The notes under the pieces are model-generated. The model was not told the origin of the DNA. It was given only the letters and a program-made list of their open reading frames with translations, and ran no database searches. A stretch of 64,000 nt of DNA. Source: Malacoraja senta (Eukaryota). The position numbers were made by a program, and so were the translations under genes. The stretch's first letter is position 1; each line of letters starts with the position of its first letter. Positions 10,873 to 24,172 of this stretch are shown here, piece after piece. The stretch is taken from NCBI GenBank assembly GCA_038087875.1, contig CM075978.1, forward strand, positions 169,632,001-169,696,000, read 5' to 3'.

Positions 10873-11962
10873 TTTAGGGTCAGGCCACTTATTCAGGCTT
10901 AACTTCTTCCAACGTGTTGTTATTTGCTGCAGAAATGGTGCATTTGCCCCAATGAGTCTGCTTTGCTGTTGAGTAAATATCATTAATAATCTTATGCCTC
11001 AACATCTACATTGCTACCAATTTGAGCATAGAACATAAAATAGTACAGTGCTGGAACAGGCCTTTTAGCCCACAAAGTCTGTGCTGTCCATAATGCCAAT
11101 CTAAACTAATCCCAAATGGACACAAAGTGCTGGAGTAACACAGCAGATTAGGCAGCATCTCCGGAGAACATGGATAAATATTTCAGATCAAGACTCTTCT
11201 TCAGACTGTCATCTCAACCCAAAAAAGGCACCTATCCATGTTCTCCAGAGATGCTGCATGACCTACTGAGTTTGTTTGTGTATTAACCAGCAATAGCAGT
11301 TCTTTTTTTTCCACATCAACTAATTACATATACCTCTATATGGTCAATATCCCTCCTTGCCCCTTCATATGGCTGTGTAAATCCGTCTTAAGCATTGCTA
11401 TGATATTTACTTCCACAACTTCCCCTGACAGTGCATTTCCGGCACCTACCACATCACTGGGGCATTGGAGGAAACTGAAGCACTCAGAGGAGACCCACGT
11501 GGTCACAGGGAGAAAGTGCAAACTACACATCAACAACACTAGCTGTCAGTGCTGGCATATACAGTATCTACATGTCTCTGCATTGGCCTTTAAGCCAGAA
11601 ATGTATGACATAGATAAATAAGTGCTGGCAATGGAACCATAGCTGATAAGCTGCAAACAAAAAGGTAGGCAACAGTTGTATAGAAATAGATTAAAGTGAA
11701 GTGTATAGATAAGCATACATATCACTAGAGATAAAGGCAGGAAGGTGAATGGGCAGATGGATAGATAAATGGAAGATTGGAAGTACATTATAATCATCGT
11801 TCATATCTGTGATGTAGAATCTCTGTTTTAAATGCTCCTCTGTGAAACAAGAATCACAAGTGTTTTTCTTTCAATGTTTTTTCAACATCAATAGTTCAAT
11901 GGCTCAATGGTGTTTTAACGTCACACACGCAAACGCACAGTGAAATTCTTTTCTTACATACA

Positions 11963-12255
11963 GGGCGGCACAGTGGAGCAGAGAAGGTGTTGCTGCCTTA
12001 CAGCGCCAGAGACGCGGTTTCGATCCTGACTACGGGTGCTGTCTGTATGGTGTTTGTACATTCTCCCTGTGACGACGTGGGTTTTCTCCGGGTGTTCCGG
12101 TTTCTGCCCCCACTCGAAAGACTACCATTGACTTTGGGACAATTGTAAAATGTCCCTAGTGTGTAGAATAGTGCTAGTGTACGGGGTGATCGCTGGTGGG
12201 CGCGGAGTCGGTGGGCCAAAGGGCCTGTTACCGCGCTTTATGTCTAAAATCTGAA
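11963..12255 (+). mobile_element. Full-length HE1/V-SINE
   Basis: GGGCGGCACAGTGG head, tRNA-like A and B boxes, V core, CR1-like tail. Confidence 0.85.
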
Positions 12256-14249
12256 GATAAGTAAAGTATTGCCATACCTAAGCACAACCTCCGATTAGCA
12301 AAGTGAAAAGAAATAGTCCACTGAGACCGCATGCAAGAGGCAGCAGGTTTTGCTGCCACTTTCAACATCCAGACTGCGCAGCTCTTACAAGCGGTGCCCA
12401 ATCTAGGCAAGCCCCAGGCTGTTGCAGGGCCTCCAGCCATCACCTTATAAAGAAATATAAATATAAATTAATAAATAATATAAAGAAAATCAAGTTAAAT
12501 AAAAGTATGTTTCACACTTTCTCCAAAGATTCATTCCCCGATTAAATTTCAGTCATTTGGCTGAATGTTTTCTTTATCGTAGTGCAGGAAGTTGTGCAGT
12601 TTAGAAGAGTTCCAATCTCTGTCATTCGCCGTAAGGAGCTGACAGTAACTGATTTCAATTTGTGTTTGACACTCCTGTCATTCACCAGTGATCATCCCGT
12701 ACACTAGCACTATCCTGCATACTAGGGCCAATTTACACATTTTTCACCAAAGCCAATTAACCTACAAACCTACACGTCTTTGGAGAAAGCATCCGGATAA
12801 ACCCCACGTGGTCACAGGGAGAATGTCCAAACTCTGTACAGACAGCACCCATAGTCAGGATCGAACCCAGATGTCTGGCGCTGTTAGACAGCAACTCTAC
12901 CACTGCACGACTGTGCTGTCCTTGCTCCACAGTGCCGCACTTATGCACTCCTTACACACTCAGGAATGTTTGGCCAAATTCTGCTCTATCTCCATTTACA
13001 AATTTGCAGATCGCACTGGCGTAGTGGGCTGGATCTCAAAAAATGACGAGATTAGAGGTCTGGAAGGAGATTGACAGTTTGGTAATACGAGATTAAGGCA
13101 ACAACCTCTCCCTTAATGTAGACACAAGGAACTGCAGGTGCTGGTTTGCAAAAAAAAAGATACAAAGTGCTGGAACATGGATGGGTGTCGTTTTGGGTCA
13201 GGAACCTGGCAAACACTGTTCAGACTGGCAAACCCTAACAAAAGGAGCTAGTCACCAGCAGGGTGGCATACACGCTCCTGTCTGTGTCAGTGGTGCTGAG
13301 GCGGAGATGGTTGAGAATGTCACCAGCAATTTGTCTGATTCCAACATCATTGATGCTACTGTCAGGAAACCACATTAATGCCTCTACAAGTTCAAAAGGT
13401 GAAGGAAACTCCATTGACTCTTGCCAATTTCCCACAGACACACTGTAGAAAGCATCCTATCCAAATGTCCCAATACATGGTATGGCATCTACTCTGGTCA
13501 GGATTACAAGAAAGTGCAGAGAGTTGTGCATGTCTCAGGCTGCTTTGGTTTCCTCCCACATTCCAATGAAGTACAGGTTTGTAAGTTAATTGGGTTCGGT
13601 AAAAATAAATGTAAATTGTCCCTAGTGTGTAGGATGGTGCCTAGTGTACAGGGTGATCGCTGGTTGGTGTGGACTCGGTTGAGAATGTAACTTTAGTTTA
13701 GATTAGAAACAAAGAACTGTAGATGCTGGTTTATACCAAAGATAGACACAAAGTGCTGGATTAACTCAATGGGTCTGACAGCATCTATGGAGAAAAAGGA
13801 TGGGTGACTTTTCAGGTTCTTCAGACTTTTTTCAGTCAGAAGAAGGGTCCTGACCCAAAACATCACCCATCCATTTTCTCCAGAGATGCTGCCTGACCCG
13901 CTCAGTTACTCCAGCATTGTGTTTATCTTCAGTTTAGTTTAGTTTATTACTGTAATGTGTACTGAGGTACAGTGAAAACCTTTTTGTTGCATGCTATCCA
14001 GTCAATGAGAAGACGAAACATGATTACAATCAAACCATCCACATTGTGCAGATAAAGGATAATGGGTACAACATTTAGTGCAAGATGAAGTCCAATGAAG
14101 TCCGATTAAGGTCTGCAATGAGATAGATGGGACGTCAGGACCGTTCTCTAGTTGGTGAGATGACAGTTCAGTTGCCTGATAACAGCTGGGAAACTGTCCT
14201 CAGTCCTTACCTCAATCTCACCCCCCCCCCCCCCCCCACCATGGCTCTG

Positions 14250-14790
14250 TCTACTCTCGGGAAAGCAGCCAACATAATCAAGGATCACTCACATCCCAGT
14301 CAATCCCTCTTCTCCCCACTTCTGTCGGGCAGAAGATACAAAAGCTAGCGGCACATACCGCCAGATACAAGATCATCTTCTTCCCCACTGCTTTCAGTCT
14401 CTTGAACGGTCCACTCATAAACTCAGGATGAATTCCTGATCTCCCAATCTACCTTATTATAGCTCAAGCACTTTTTTATCTGCACTTTCTCTGTAGATGT
14501 AACGGGGTGGGAGATTGCAACCTTCACGTGGTCCAGCCTCTTTTGACTAATGCAATCAACCCGACGTGCACAAACAATTAGATCAAATAGAACAAGTTGA
14601 CCTACAACTTTAGGCTGAGCACGCCATACACTGGAAGAAGAGTGTAGATGTAACTATATTCTGCATTCTGCTTTTTTCCCTTTGCACTACCTTTATTGTA
14701 CTCATGTGTGGCATGATTTGTCTGGATTTGTCTGGATCCCGCACTATTTCACTGTTTCTTCATACATGTGACAATAATAAACTGATAGCA
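14250..14790 (+). mobile_element. Rex1/Babar-like LINE 3' fragment
   Basis: Decayed HPSxSLFSPLLSGRRYKS C-terminus; 3' end CATGTGACAATAA. Confidence 0.7.
14504..14642 (+). mobile_element. 139-bp non-LTR insertion with an RTE-like 3' end and GAA tail
   Basis: Perfect 12-bp TSD TGTAGATGTAAC (14492-14503 and 14643-14654); ends GGAAGAAGAG. Clade assignment is inference. Confidence 0.7.
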
Positions 14791-15179
14791 ATATTAAGAT
14801 TCCAGCATCTGCAGTCTCCTGTGCCGCTTGGTTTGTGAATCAAATTGGATCTTAAGAGGGACATAGATCATAGAACAGTACAGCACAGGAATATGCTCAT
14901 CGGCCAACAATGTCCGCGCCAAGTTAAATGATGCCAAGTTAAACTGATCTCCACTGCCTGCACATGATCCATATTCCTCCATCCCCTGCATTTCCATGTG
15001 CCTATTTAAAAACCTCTTAAGTGACACTATTGTATCTGCTTCCACCACCACCCCTGGCAGGGTGTTCCAGGCCCCGACCAACGTCTGTGTAAGTAAAGTT
15101 TCCTGCACTTCTCCTTTAAACTGTGCCTCCTACCACCTTAAAGCTACGCCCTCTAGTCTTCGATATTTTCACCCCAGGG

Positions 15180-15875
15180 CAGGGGCAAAAATCACTATCA
15201 AAACAGGGGGGGGGGCACAATTTCTTAGCGCCGCGCGCACACACATACACGTGCACGCGAGGCTTTGGAGGCTTCGCCATGGGCCCTGTGGATCTGACCT
15301 GGTTGGTGACCGACTCCGAACTCCAGCAATAGCTGCTTCGTCCGCCCAGAATCATGGGGCTTCAATCGGCCCGTTCGCGGGACCTTTCATCGCCCGGCGG
15401 GGGCTTCAACATCGGGAGCTTTGATCGCCTCGACGCAGCTATTGAACCGCGGGGCGGTGGAAGATCCCGCGGCCAGGCCAGGCGATGAAAGGCCCCGCAA
15501 ACTGGCCGATTCAAGCTCCGCTCTATGATCTTTGCACCACCAGGATATCTCCCTCCTCCAATCACCACGCTCTATCCTCAGTCCCACCCCCCTACTTCCA
15601 CCTCTGACTGACACCTCCCTCCTCCAATCATCTCGCTGAATCGTCATGGTTCTGCTGACCGACGTCTCTCTCATCCAATCGGCGCCCTCGATCATCAGTC
15701 CTAACCCCACTGGTCTCGCGGAAAGCGGAGATTTTTAATAGATTTTTTTTCCACCGACTTTTAAAATCCGGATTACAAAACATGGGGGGGATTGTCCCCC
15801 ACCTCTCAAAACATGGGGGGGACGTGTGACCCCCCCCCCCCCCCCCCCCATCCCCCCTTGCGATTCCCACCCATG
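15180..15875. mobile_element. hAT-like MITE inserted in a CR1 fragment
   Basis: Termini CAGGGGCAAAAATC and GATTCCCACCCATG (imperfect TIR); 8-bp TSD CCCCAGGG / CCCCGGGG; CR1 sequence continues on both sides. Confidence 0.75.
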
Positions 15876-18103
15876 CCCCGGGGGAAAAGATTTCTGACTC
15901 TCTAAGCAATCAATGCTTGTCATCATTTTATATATTTCTGTCAGGTCTCCCTTCAACCTTTGGCATTCCAGAGAAAACAATGCAAGTTTGTCCAACCTCT
16001 CCTTAACAAGAGAGAGTCAAGAGTGTTTTAGTGTCATATGTCCTGAAATGTAACAATGAAATTCTTACTTGCAGCAGCATAACAGATATATAAACACAGT
16101 ACTCTGTAACACCCATAATAAGCAACAACAAGCAATCAGTATATCTCATATTGTCATATTGATTTAAACTGAAGGGGGTAAGATTTAATAGGAACCTGAG
16201 TGGTAATTTTTTCACACAAAGGGTGGTGGGTGTATGGAATGAGACGCCGGAGGAGGTAGTTGAGACACTTATTATCGTAACATATAAGAAACATTTAGAC
16301 AGGTTCATGGATAGTTTAGTTTAATTTAGTTTAGAGATACAGCACGGAACCAGGCCCTTCAGCCCACCGGGTCCGCGCCGACCAGCGATCCCTGCACACT
16401 AACTCAATCTCTACACACTACGGACAATTTTTACATTTACCATGCCAAATAACCTACAAAACTGTACAAACCGAAGATCTCAGAGATAACCCACGCAGGT
16501 CACGGGGAAAACGTACAAACTCCATACAGACAGCACCCGTAGTCGGGATCGAACCCAGGTCTCTGGTGCTGCATTCGCTGTAAGGCAGCAGCTCTACCGC
16601 TGTGCCACTGTGACCACCCTAAGGATAGGACAGGTTTAGAGGGATATTGGCCTAATACAGGCAGGTGGAAGTAGTGTAGATGGGGCATGTTGGCTGGTGG
16701 GGCAAGTTGGGCTGAAGGGGCTGTTTCCATGCTGCAGGGCACTATGACTATGTTAAAAAAACAGCCAAATAAATTGCAAATAGACATTAAGCTGATACCA
16801 TCTGACCCTAGTAAAGATAGTGGTGATTACGAACCCCTGCTGGCATTGATCTTCTCAAGGCAAGACCCACTTGTGTCAGAGGTGTTGTCAATCGGACCTC
16901 ATCCCGATAATTGTTACAGTTCTTACTCACCACCTGCCCACTCCCATTTTATATTTGTCCGCAGAAGGATTTATTGACTAAATGCTCATATAACAGAACA
17001 TCCACGACACATCGGAACAATAAATCAGGTTATTTTTCTCAAGCTTTGGATAACCTTAAAGTGGGCTGCGCCAGTTTGTTATGGCTATAATTGGATTTTA
17101 GAATTGAAATGTCAGCTTATCGCTGGCACCTTATCACCATTTTTCTGAAGTAATCCTGCTACATTAAAAGACCAAAAGTGCTGGGGTAACTCCGTGGGTC
17201 ATGCAGCATGTTTTTCCCCTGTCTTCCCTATGCACGCCCATTTCTCCCTTCCTGTATAGTCTTTCCGCTGAGTGGATAACACGCAACAAAAAGCTTTTCA
17301 CTGCACCTCATGACAATAAACTCAACCAAACGAAACTACACCAGCGATCACCCCCTACACTAATCTACACACACTGGGACAATTGTACAACCTACAGAAG
17401 CCAATTAATTCACTTACAAACCAGCACATTTTTGGGATGTGGGTGGAAACTGTAGCACCCAGAGAAAACCCACACGTTCACAGGGAGAATGTACACACTC
17501 TGTGCAGACAGCACCCGTAGCCAGGATCAGACTCGGGTCTCTGGCGCTGTAAGGCAGCAACTACACCTCTGCGCCACCGTGCTGCCCGACTGTGATGTTG
17601 TGTTGCCTCTGTGGTTCAACAGCACATCAAAACTCATTGGCCAATTCTTTAGGGGGCAGCTACCAATAGAACCAATCCCCTCTACCAGTTTGAGACATTG
17701 GACCAAGGCGCCAGTCTGGTGTTTGTCAAATATAGGGAAGTTTAATATAAATTCAATCTCCTGTACAGAGTTTGTTTCCTCTGCTGTCTATTTGAACACA
17801 CTGAACATTTTTATACACACTTGGTTCCCTGTAGTTATTGGATTTTTAATTAGCTGCCATGATTCCCAAAGGAAATATGAGTTGAAAGAAAGGCGTATTT
17901 TATTTATGTTTAACTCGCGAGTATTAAAGTGGAACTTCCAATTATCATGAAAGTCCTAGGTATTGTCAATGGGGAATATAATGTTGTTTATTGGCTTTAG
18001 AAAACGTTTGTTGCCCGCACTCGGAGTCTGTGTCGGTTCTGATCGCCTCATTACAGGAAGAATGTGGAGGCTTTAGGGAGGGAGCAAAAGAGGTTTACCA
18101 GGA

Positions 18104-18578
18104 TGTAGAAACAAGGAACTGCAGATGCTATTTACCAAGGCTATTTTACACAAAGTGCTGGTGTAACTCAGCCGAACAGGCAGCACCTGTGGAGAACATT
18201 TTGAGAGAAGACCCTTCTTCAGACTGATTCACCTCAGATTATGTCAGGGCGAGATGAAAGCTGGAAGAGGGAAGAGGCAGAACAAATCATGGTGGGTATT
18301 AGCTGGACTCGGGTGAGGAGAGTTTTTGATAGGCAGATAGCTGGAACAAAGGCCGGAAATAAATCCAGAAGGTGTAAGACAGGATCGAAGAGTTGCAAAT
18401 TGTGAAGCCAGAGGATAGTTGCAGGGTGGGGGCTGGTGGGGGGGGGGGAGTAGATGGGTCCAGGAGGGGCACAGAGGAAGAATGAAGGGGGAGATAGGGT
18501 GGGAAGGGGAGTGGGCAAGAAAAGGGAGGGTTCTGAGGCGGTTAGTTAGAGGTTACCTGAAATTGGAGAATTCAATGC
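18104..18578 (-). mobile_element. Penelope-like element 3' remnant
   Basis: Minus strand reads IEFSNFR* at 18552-18576, then a pyrimidine-rich spacer and a truncated hammerhead unit. Confidence 0.75.
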
Positions 18579-21174
18579 TCTCTGTGTATACCTTCACAGT
18601 GGAGGCTACAGCAACTTATAAAGAGACTTTAATTGCGTTTTCTACTTTCACACTGGTAGGTTAAATGCCCTCCCTTAAACCCCAGGGTATCTGGCAGTAT
18701 GTAATAAATAAGTGTCAGGATAGCCAACTCCATATTACAAAAAGGAATCAAAATCATACCGTCTTTTTAGCTTAGTTTGGAGATACAGCGCTGAAATAGG
18801 CCCTTCGGCCCAGCGAGTCCATGCTGACCAGCGATCCTCGCTTACTAACACTATCCTACACACATAGGGCAATTTGCAATATTACCAAAGTCAATTTACA
18901 CCTACAAACCTGCATGTCTTTGGAGTGTGGGAGGAAACCAGGGTTCCCGGAGAAAACCCACACGGTCACAGGGAGATTGTACAAACTCCGTACAGACAAT
19001 ACCCATAGTCAGGATTGATTCCGGGTCTCTGGCGCTGCAAGGCAGCAACTCTACCGCTGTGCCACTGTGCTGGGAAACTTTAATTATATTTTCTACTTTC
19101 ACACGTGAGTTAAACTACTGCCAGAGTAACTGGCAGTACGTAATAAATTCTGGCCTTCACAGCCAACTCCCTATCCCAATAATAAATGAAAATCAAACCA
19201 TTGTTTTACTCATTGAACAATCTCTGTTCTTCTCTGCCAAAACGCTATTATCCTACTTTTAATACATTAGAGATAAAATCTGACACACAAGCACCGCAGT
19301 ATTTAACCGGTATTCATCTCTACACTATCATTGGCTATTACAATAATCATTGGTTCGTCAGTGTGTTTCAACCCCTCTGAGGTAACATTATACACTTAAG
19401 AACCAAATAATTATTGTAATTTAAAAGGTTCAACTCAATTAAATGGATCCTTTCCAAGATACTGTTCAACAAGGCAGACATGTGTCAAGAGAGGGGGGAA
19501 TTATTCACTTGACTTTCACAGTGTGAACCTCCATCGTTCTAATGAATATTCTGGATTGTGTCTCTGCCTTTGTGTTGCTCAATTCTTTCTCTGTCTCCTT
19601 CCCTCCCACTTACTTTTTTTAAATTTTAGAGATACAGCATGGAAACAGGCCCTTCAGCCCACCCAGTCCACACCGACCAACACTCACTCGTACACTAGTT
19701 CTATCATACACACTAGAGACAATTTACTGAAGTCAATTAACCAACAAACCTGTACGTCTTTGGGGTGTGGGAGGACACCGGAGCACCTGGAGAAAACCCA
19801 AATGGTCACAGGGAGATGTACAAACTCCGTACAGACAGCACCCGTGGTCAGGATTGAACCTGGATCTCTGACGCTGTTATGCAGCAATTCTCCTGCTCCG
19901 CCACTGAGCCACCCAAGCCTCTTCTGTCAAGAGGCTGCCCAGTGCCGTTCGGCACTGTTATAATCTGGTGCTAAAGTTAATCAAAGAACTAGAATGCCAG
20001 CATTTTCTCATCAAGTCGAAAATTGGGGGTAGTTTTACCTTATATTTATGTCAGTATTTTTGGCACACATGAAGGCACAAAACAAATAATACTCTGAATA
20101 AAGATAATTTTCATCCACATTTTAAGATGGTAGCATTGTAAGCCATTGGTCTCACAGCCAATAAGGTCGAAAAGTGGTTTCTGTTGACAATGGTTGAGTC
20201 CCTGGAACGTTGGAGGATGAGGGGTGATCTTATAGAGGTGTATAAAATCATGAGAGGAATAGATCAGGTAGACGCACAGTCTCATGCCCTAATGGAATTG
20301 AGATCTAGAGGTCATAGGTTTAAGGTGAAGGGGGGAAAAATTAATAGGAACCTGAGGGGTACATTTTTCAAACAAAGGGTGGTGGGTGTATGGAACGAGC
20401 TGCTGGAGGAGATAGTTGAGGCAATGAGTTCTCAATGTTTAAGAAGCAATTAGAGACAGGTACATGGATAGGACAGGTTTAGTGGGATATGGGCAAACAC
20501 AGGCTGGTGGGACTAGTGTAGATCGGACATCTTGGTCAGTGTGGCTAAATTGGAGCAAAGGGCCTGTTTCCATGCTATGACTATGACTTTATGACTCTAT
20601 GACTCAATAATACAGGTATTGATAACTAAAATAATTGTTGTAGAAGGAGACAGCGTAAGACCTCAAACACAAGCGTGCATTCAGGTACGCAGGGGATGAT
20701 TCGATCTTAGCCACAGCTCCACCCACGACTCCCCCAAATCCTGTCTGTCTCAGACTTGGATAGATTCAACGGTCCAACCTCCAGAGTACTGCCAGCATTT
20801 TCCCTTTTTGCTATAATGACGGCCGCTAAATTGGCGACTAACTTATTCCAACGTGGCAAAGGGGGAGTTAATGGGCATGTGTGAGAATGAAAATGTTAGC
20901 AGGGTACAGAGAGATGAAGGGTGGGGGTGGGGGACGGGACATGGGGGGAATGGTCTTGATGGGATTGTTCTGCTGGGAGCTGACATGGACCCAATAGACC
21001 AAATGGCCAAAAAGAACGCAAAGTGCTGGGGTGACTCAGTGGGTTAGGCAGCATCTATAGAGAACGTGGATAGGAGACATTCTTCTTCAGCACTTTGGTT
21101 TCTGGAACTTCCTCCCTCACCTCCATCCAGGGACCCCAGCAGTCCTTCCAGGTGGTTCAGAGGTTCACGTCAGT

Positions 21175-21625
21175 TTAGTTTAGTTTATTGTCATGTCTAC
21201 TGAGGTACAGTGAAAAGCTTTTTTGTTGTGTTCTATCCAGTCAGCGGAAAGACTATACATGATTACAGTCAAGCTGTTCATAGTGTACAGATAACGGGAA
21301 TAACGTTTAGTGCAAGATAAAGTCCAGTACATTCCGATTGAAGATAGTCTGAGGGTCTCCAATGAGGTAGATGGTAGGTAGGACTGCTCTCTAGTTGGTG
21401 TTAAGATGGTTCAGTTATTTGATAACAGCTGGGAAGAAACAGTCCTTGAATCTGGAAGTGTGCGTTTTCACACTTCTGTACCTCTTGCCGGTTGGGAGAG
21501 GGGAGAAGGGAGAATGTGTGGGTTGAGACTGGTCCTTGCTGTGGCCTTGCCGATGCAGTATGAAGTGTAGGTGGAGTCAATGGAAGGGAGGTTGGTTTGC
21601 GTGATGGTCTGGGCTCCGTCCACAT
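21175..21625 (-). mobile_element. Rex1/Babar-like LINE 3' fragment
   Basis: Decayed LPSIDSTYTSYCIGKA...RFxDCFFPAVIxxLN; ends GACAATAAA(CTAAA)n. Confidence 0.75.
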
Positions 21626-22089
21626 GCACTTCGTCTAATGTCAAGGTAGACCAAATAGCTTCATCTGTGTCACTCTGAATGAGGAATTTAACGCTTGGCT
21701 GATGGAACAACTGCCTGGGAAACTCAGTAATTAACAACTGAGTAATGAAGGCTGGCAAACGCTCTGGCTTCCTACACTTTTACCAGATTATCAGGGAGAC
21801 ATTTGTAAGGATTTTATAGCCTGGAAGATATACTTCCAGTAATTAGTTAAACACATGGGTCTAATTTGTGATGGAGTAGATTATATTTGAACTGTGAAAT
21901 AATTTATCCGGATGACTGCAAATTTACTTTATACTCCAGCTATTTAGCAATTCCAAGTCACGATGCCACCGTGCTGTAGGGCAAGTTTGACTCAGTTGGT
22001 GACTCATGTGATAGGCGTTATGTTCGCGGACATGCAGTACATGAAGTGGATAACATGGTATGGAGGGAGCAACGGCCTTCAAGTTGTGG

Positions 22090-22728
22090 AGACAGAGAGT
22101 GCCTTAAGAGCTAATGTTAGCATTTATTTTGAGAGGATTAGAATATAAAAAGCAGGGATGTCATGCTGAGGCTTTACAAGGCATTGGTCAGTCCACGTTT
22201 GGAAAATTGTGAGCGGTTTTGGGCCCCATATCTGTGGAAGGATATGCTGGCTTTGGAGATGGTCCAGAGATTTGCGAGAATGATCCCAGGAATGAGTGGG
22301 TTAAAATTTGACATGTTTGAAGGCACTCGTCCTGTATTTGCTGAGGTTTAGAAGGATAAGGGGGGACCTCATTGAAACGTACTGAATCGTGAAAGGTCAG
22401 GATAGAGTTGATGTGGAGAGGATGTGTCCACTAGTGGGAGAGTGTAGGACCAGAGGCCATAGCCTCAGAATGAAAGGTCATTCCTTTAGAGTGGAGATGA
22501 GGAGGAATTGTTTCAGTCAGAGGGTGGTGAATCTGTGGAATTCAATATCACTGACGGCTGTGGAGGTCGTCAATGGATATTTTTAAGGTGGAGATTGACA
22601 GTTTCTCGATTAGTACAGGTATCAGGGGTTATATGGAGAAGGCAGGAGAATGGGGTTGACACGGTAAGATAGATCAGCCATGATTGAATGGGATGAATGG
22701 TCTAATTTTGCCCCTAGAATTTATGAAC
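22090..22728 (+). mobile_element. CR1 LINE ORF2 C-terminal remnant
   Basis: MLRLYKALVSPRLENCERFWAPYL...RTRGHSLR. Confidence 0.85.
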
Positions 22729-22734
22729 TAGTCG

Positions 22735-23118
22735 TGTGAATGCCCGGATCTAATCTTACCCTAGTCTGGTTCAGTCAAAGAAACAGAGGAGAACACTGAA
22801 GTCCAAACCCTTCTTTATTTGCATACACTGCAGGGACAGTCTCGGATCCATTCACGCAAGCCCACAGTAGCCTCGTGCAAACAGAACAGAAGGAAGACAA
22901 CCGACACACCCAAACGAATTACATACACTTTTATACCCCTAAATGAAGGCGGGGACACTAAGTACGATGGAGGAGGCCACTCCTACATGCCAATCACTTC
23001 TTACAGATAAGAAAACACTTTAAGAAGCACTTACTCTGTTAAATTACAAACAATGTATACAAAAACCTTCTAGCACCTAGATACTAAGTCTAAACAGATA
23101 ATCCTCTATCCATTCACA
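22735..23118 (-). mobile_element. Solo-LTR-like element (384 bp)
   Basis: 8-bp inverted termini TGTGAATG and CATTCACA. Minus-strand TATAAAAG (22935-22928) is followed by AATAAA (22819-22814), with CCAAT and GC boxes upstream. No convincing TSD. Confidence 0.6.
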
Positions 23119-23251
23119 GGCTTGGGTTCAACAGAACCTAGACTCAATGGCATCAGAGAAGCCACAAGAACAGAAACCAGCACAGAAACAGGCCCTTCGG
23201 CCTACCACATCCATACCAGCTCCTATACACTAATCCTGTTCACCTGCATTA

Positions 23252-23755
23252 AGGGGCTGTCCCACTTGGGGAACCTAATTGGCAAGTTTAGAAGAGTTTG
23301 AAAAAATGACATGTTGAAGACGTCCTTCGACTATGTAGAAGACCTTCGACCTCCTTCGACTATGTTGAAGACCAGCTTCGACTAGCTACAATTAGCTACG
23401 ACCTCCCTTCGACTATGATTAAGACTATCTACGACTACCTTTGATTACCTTCGACTACCCTGGATTACCTACGACTAACATGCCGACCTACTAAGACCTA
23501 CTACGACTAAACCTACGAGTAAAAAAAGTATCGATTTTTTCCATGGCGACCTTTTTTATACTCGCGGGCATTTTTTAACATATTGAAAAAAACGCCGCGA
23601 CCTAGCTGAGGCCTCGAGTACGCGGAGACCACTCTCGAGCATGAAGGAGAGTTACGAAGACCTCTTATGACCTCGTGTCGACCATGCTGAGAGTATGAGT
23701 TGAGGACAAACTCACCAGAACTCGCGGATTAGGTCGCCCAAGTGGGTCAGGCCCT
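23252..23755. mobile_element. PIF/Harbinger-like MITE
   Basis: TIRs AGGGGCTGTCCCACTTGGGGAACCTAAT and ATTAGGTCGCCCAAGTGGGTCAGGCCCT; TTA TSD on both sides; internal CTACGA/TTCGAC short repeats. Confidence 0.85.
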
Positions 23756-24141
23756 TTAGGACTGTATTTTTTTATTCCCTATTCATGTCTATATAAATGC
23801 CTCTTAAACTTAGTAATTGTATCTGTTTCACCACCTTCTCTGGCAGCGTGTTCGAGGTATCAGACATGTTCTATGAAAAAAGCTGACCCCCTCAAATGTA
23901 CTTAGCAGCTTCTTCCTCTCACCTCAAACCTTTATCCCCTTGTTTTTGATACCCACAGCAAGCGCACAAAAATTCTTCTTATCTATATGTCTTTCACTTC
24001 TAATCTCTGCTCTGAAATGCTAAGTTGGTTAATTTGTGTATATGTTTGGAAATCTCGTGGGAATATTCAATGATAAGGATAATTTACACTGGTCCACATT
24101 TTTTCCTGAAGCAATCCTACCGGAATTACTTGGGACAATGT

Positions 24142-24172
24142 CTGAAGAAGGGTTTCGGCCCGAAACGTTACC
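24142..24172 (+). ncRNA. Minimal type I hammerhead ribozyme motif (best-preserved core) at the 5' end of an 89-bp insertion
   Basis: CUGAAGA-A-GGGU(UUCG)GCCC-GAAACGUU|ACC: intact CUGANGA and GAAA boxes, stem II, and palindromic ACGU in place of stem III. Stem I pairing is weak. Activity not shown. Confidence 0.6.

Noticed and set aside
11963-12035. tRNA gene-like A/B boxes here and in other copies
   Set aside because: These are the tRNA-derived heads of HE1/V-SINEs and continue into the SINE core and tail.
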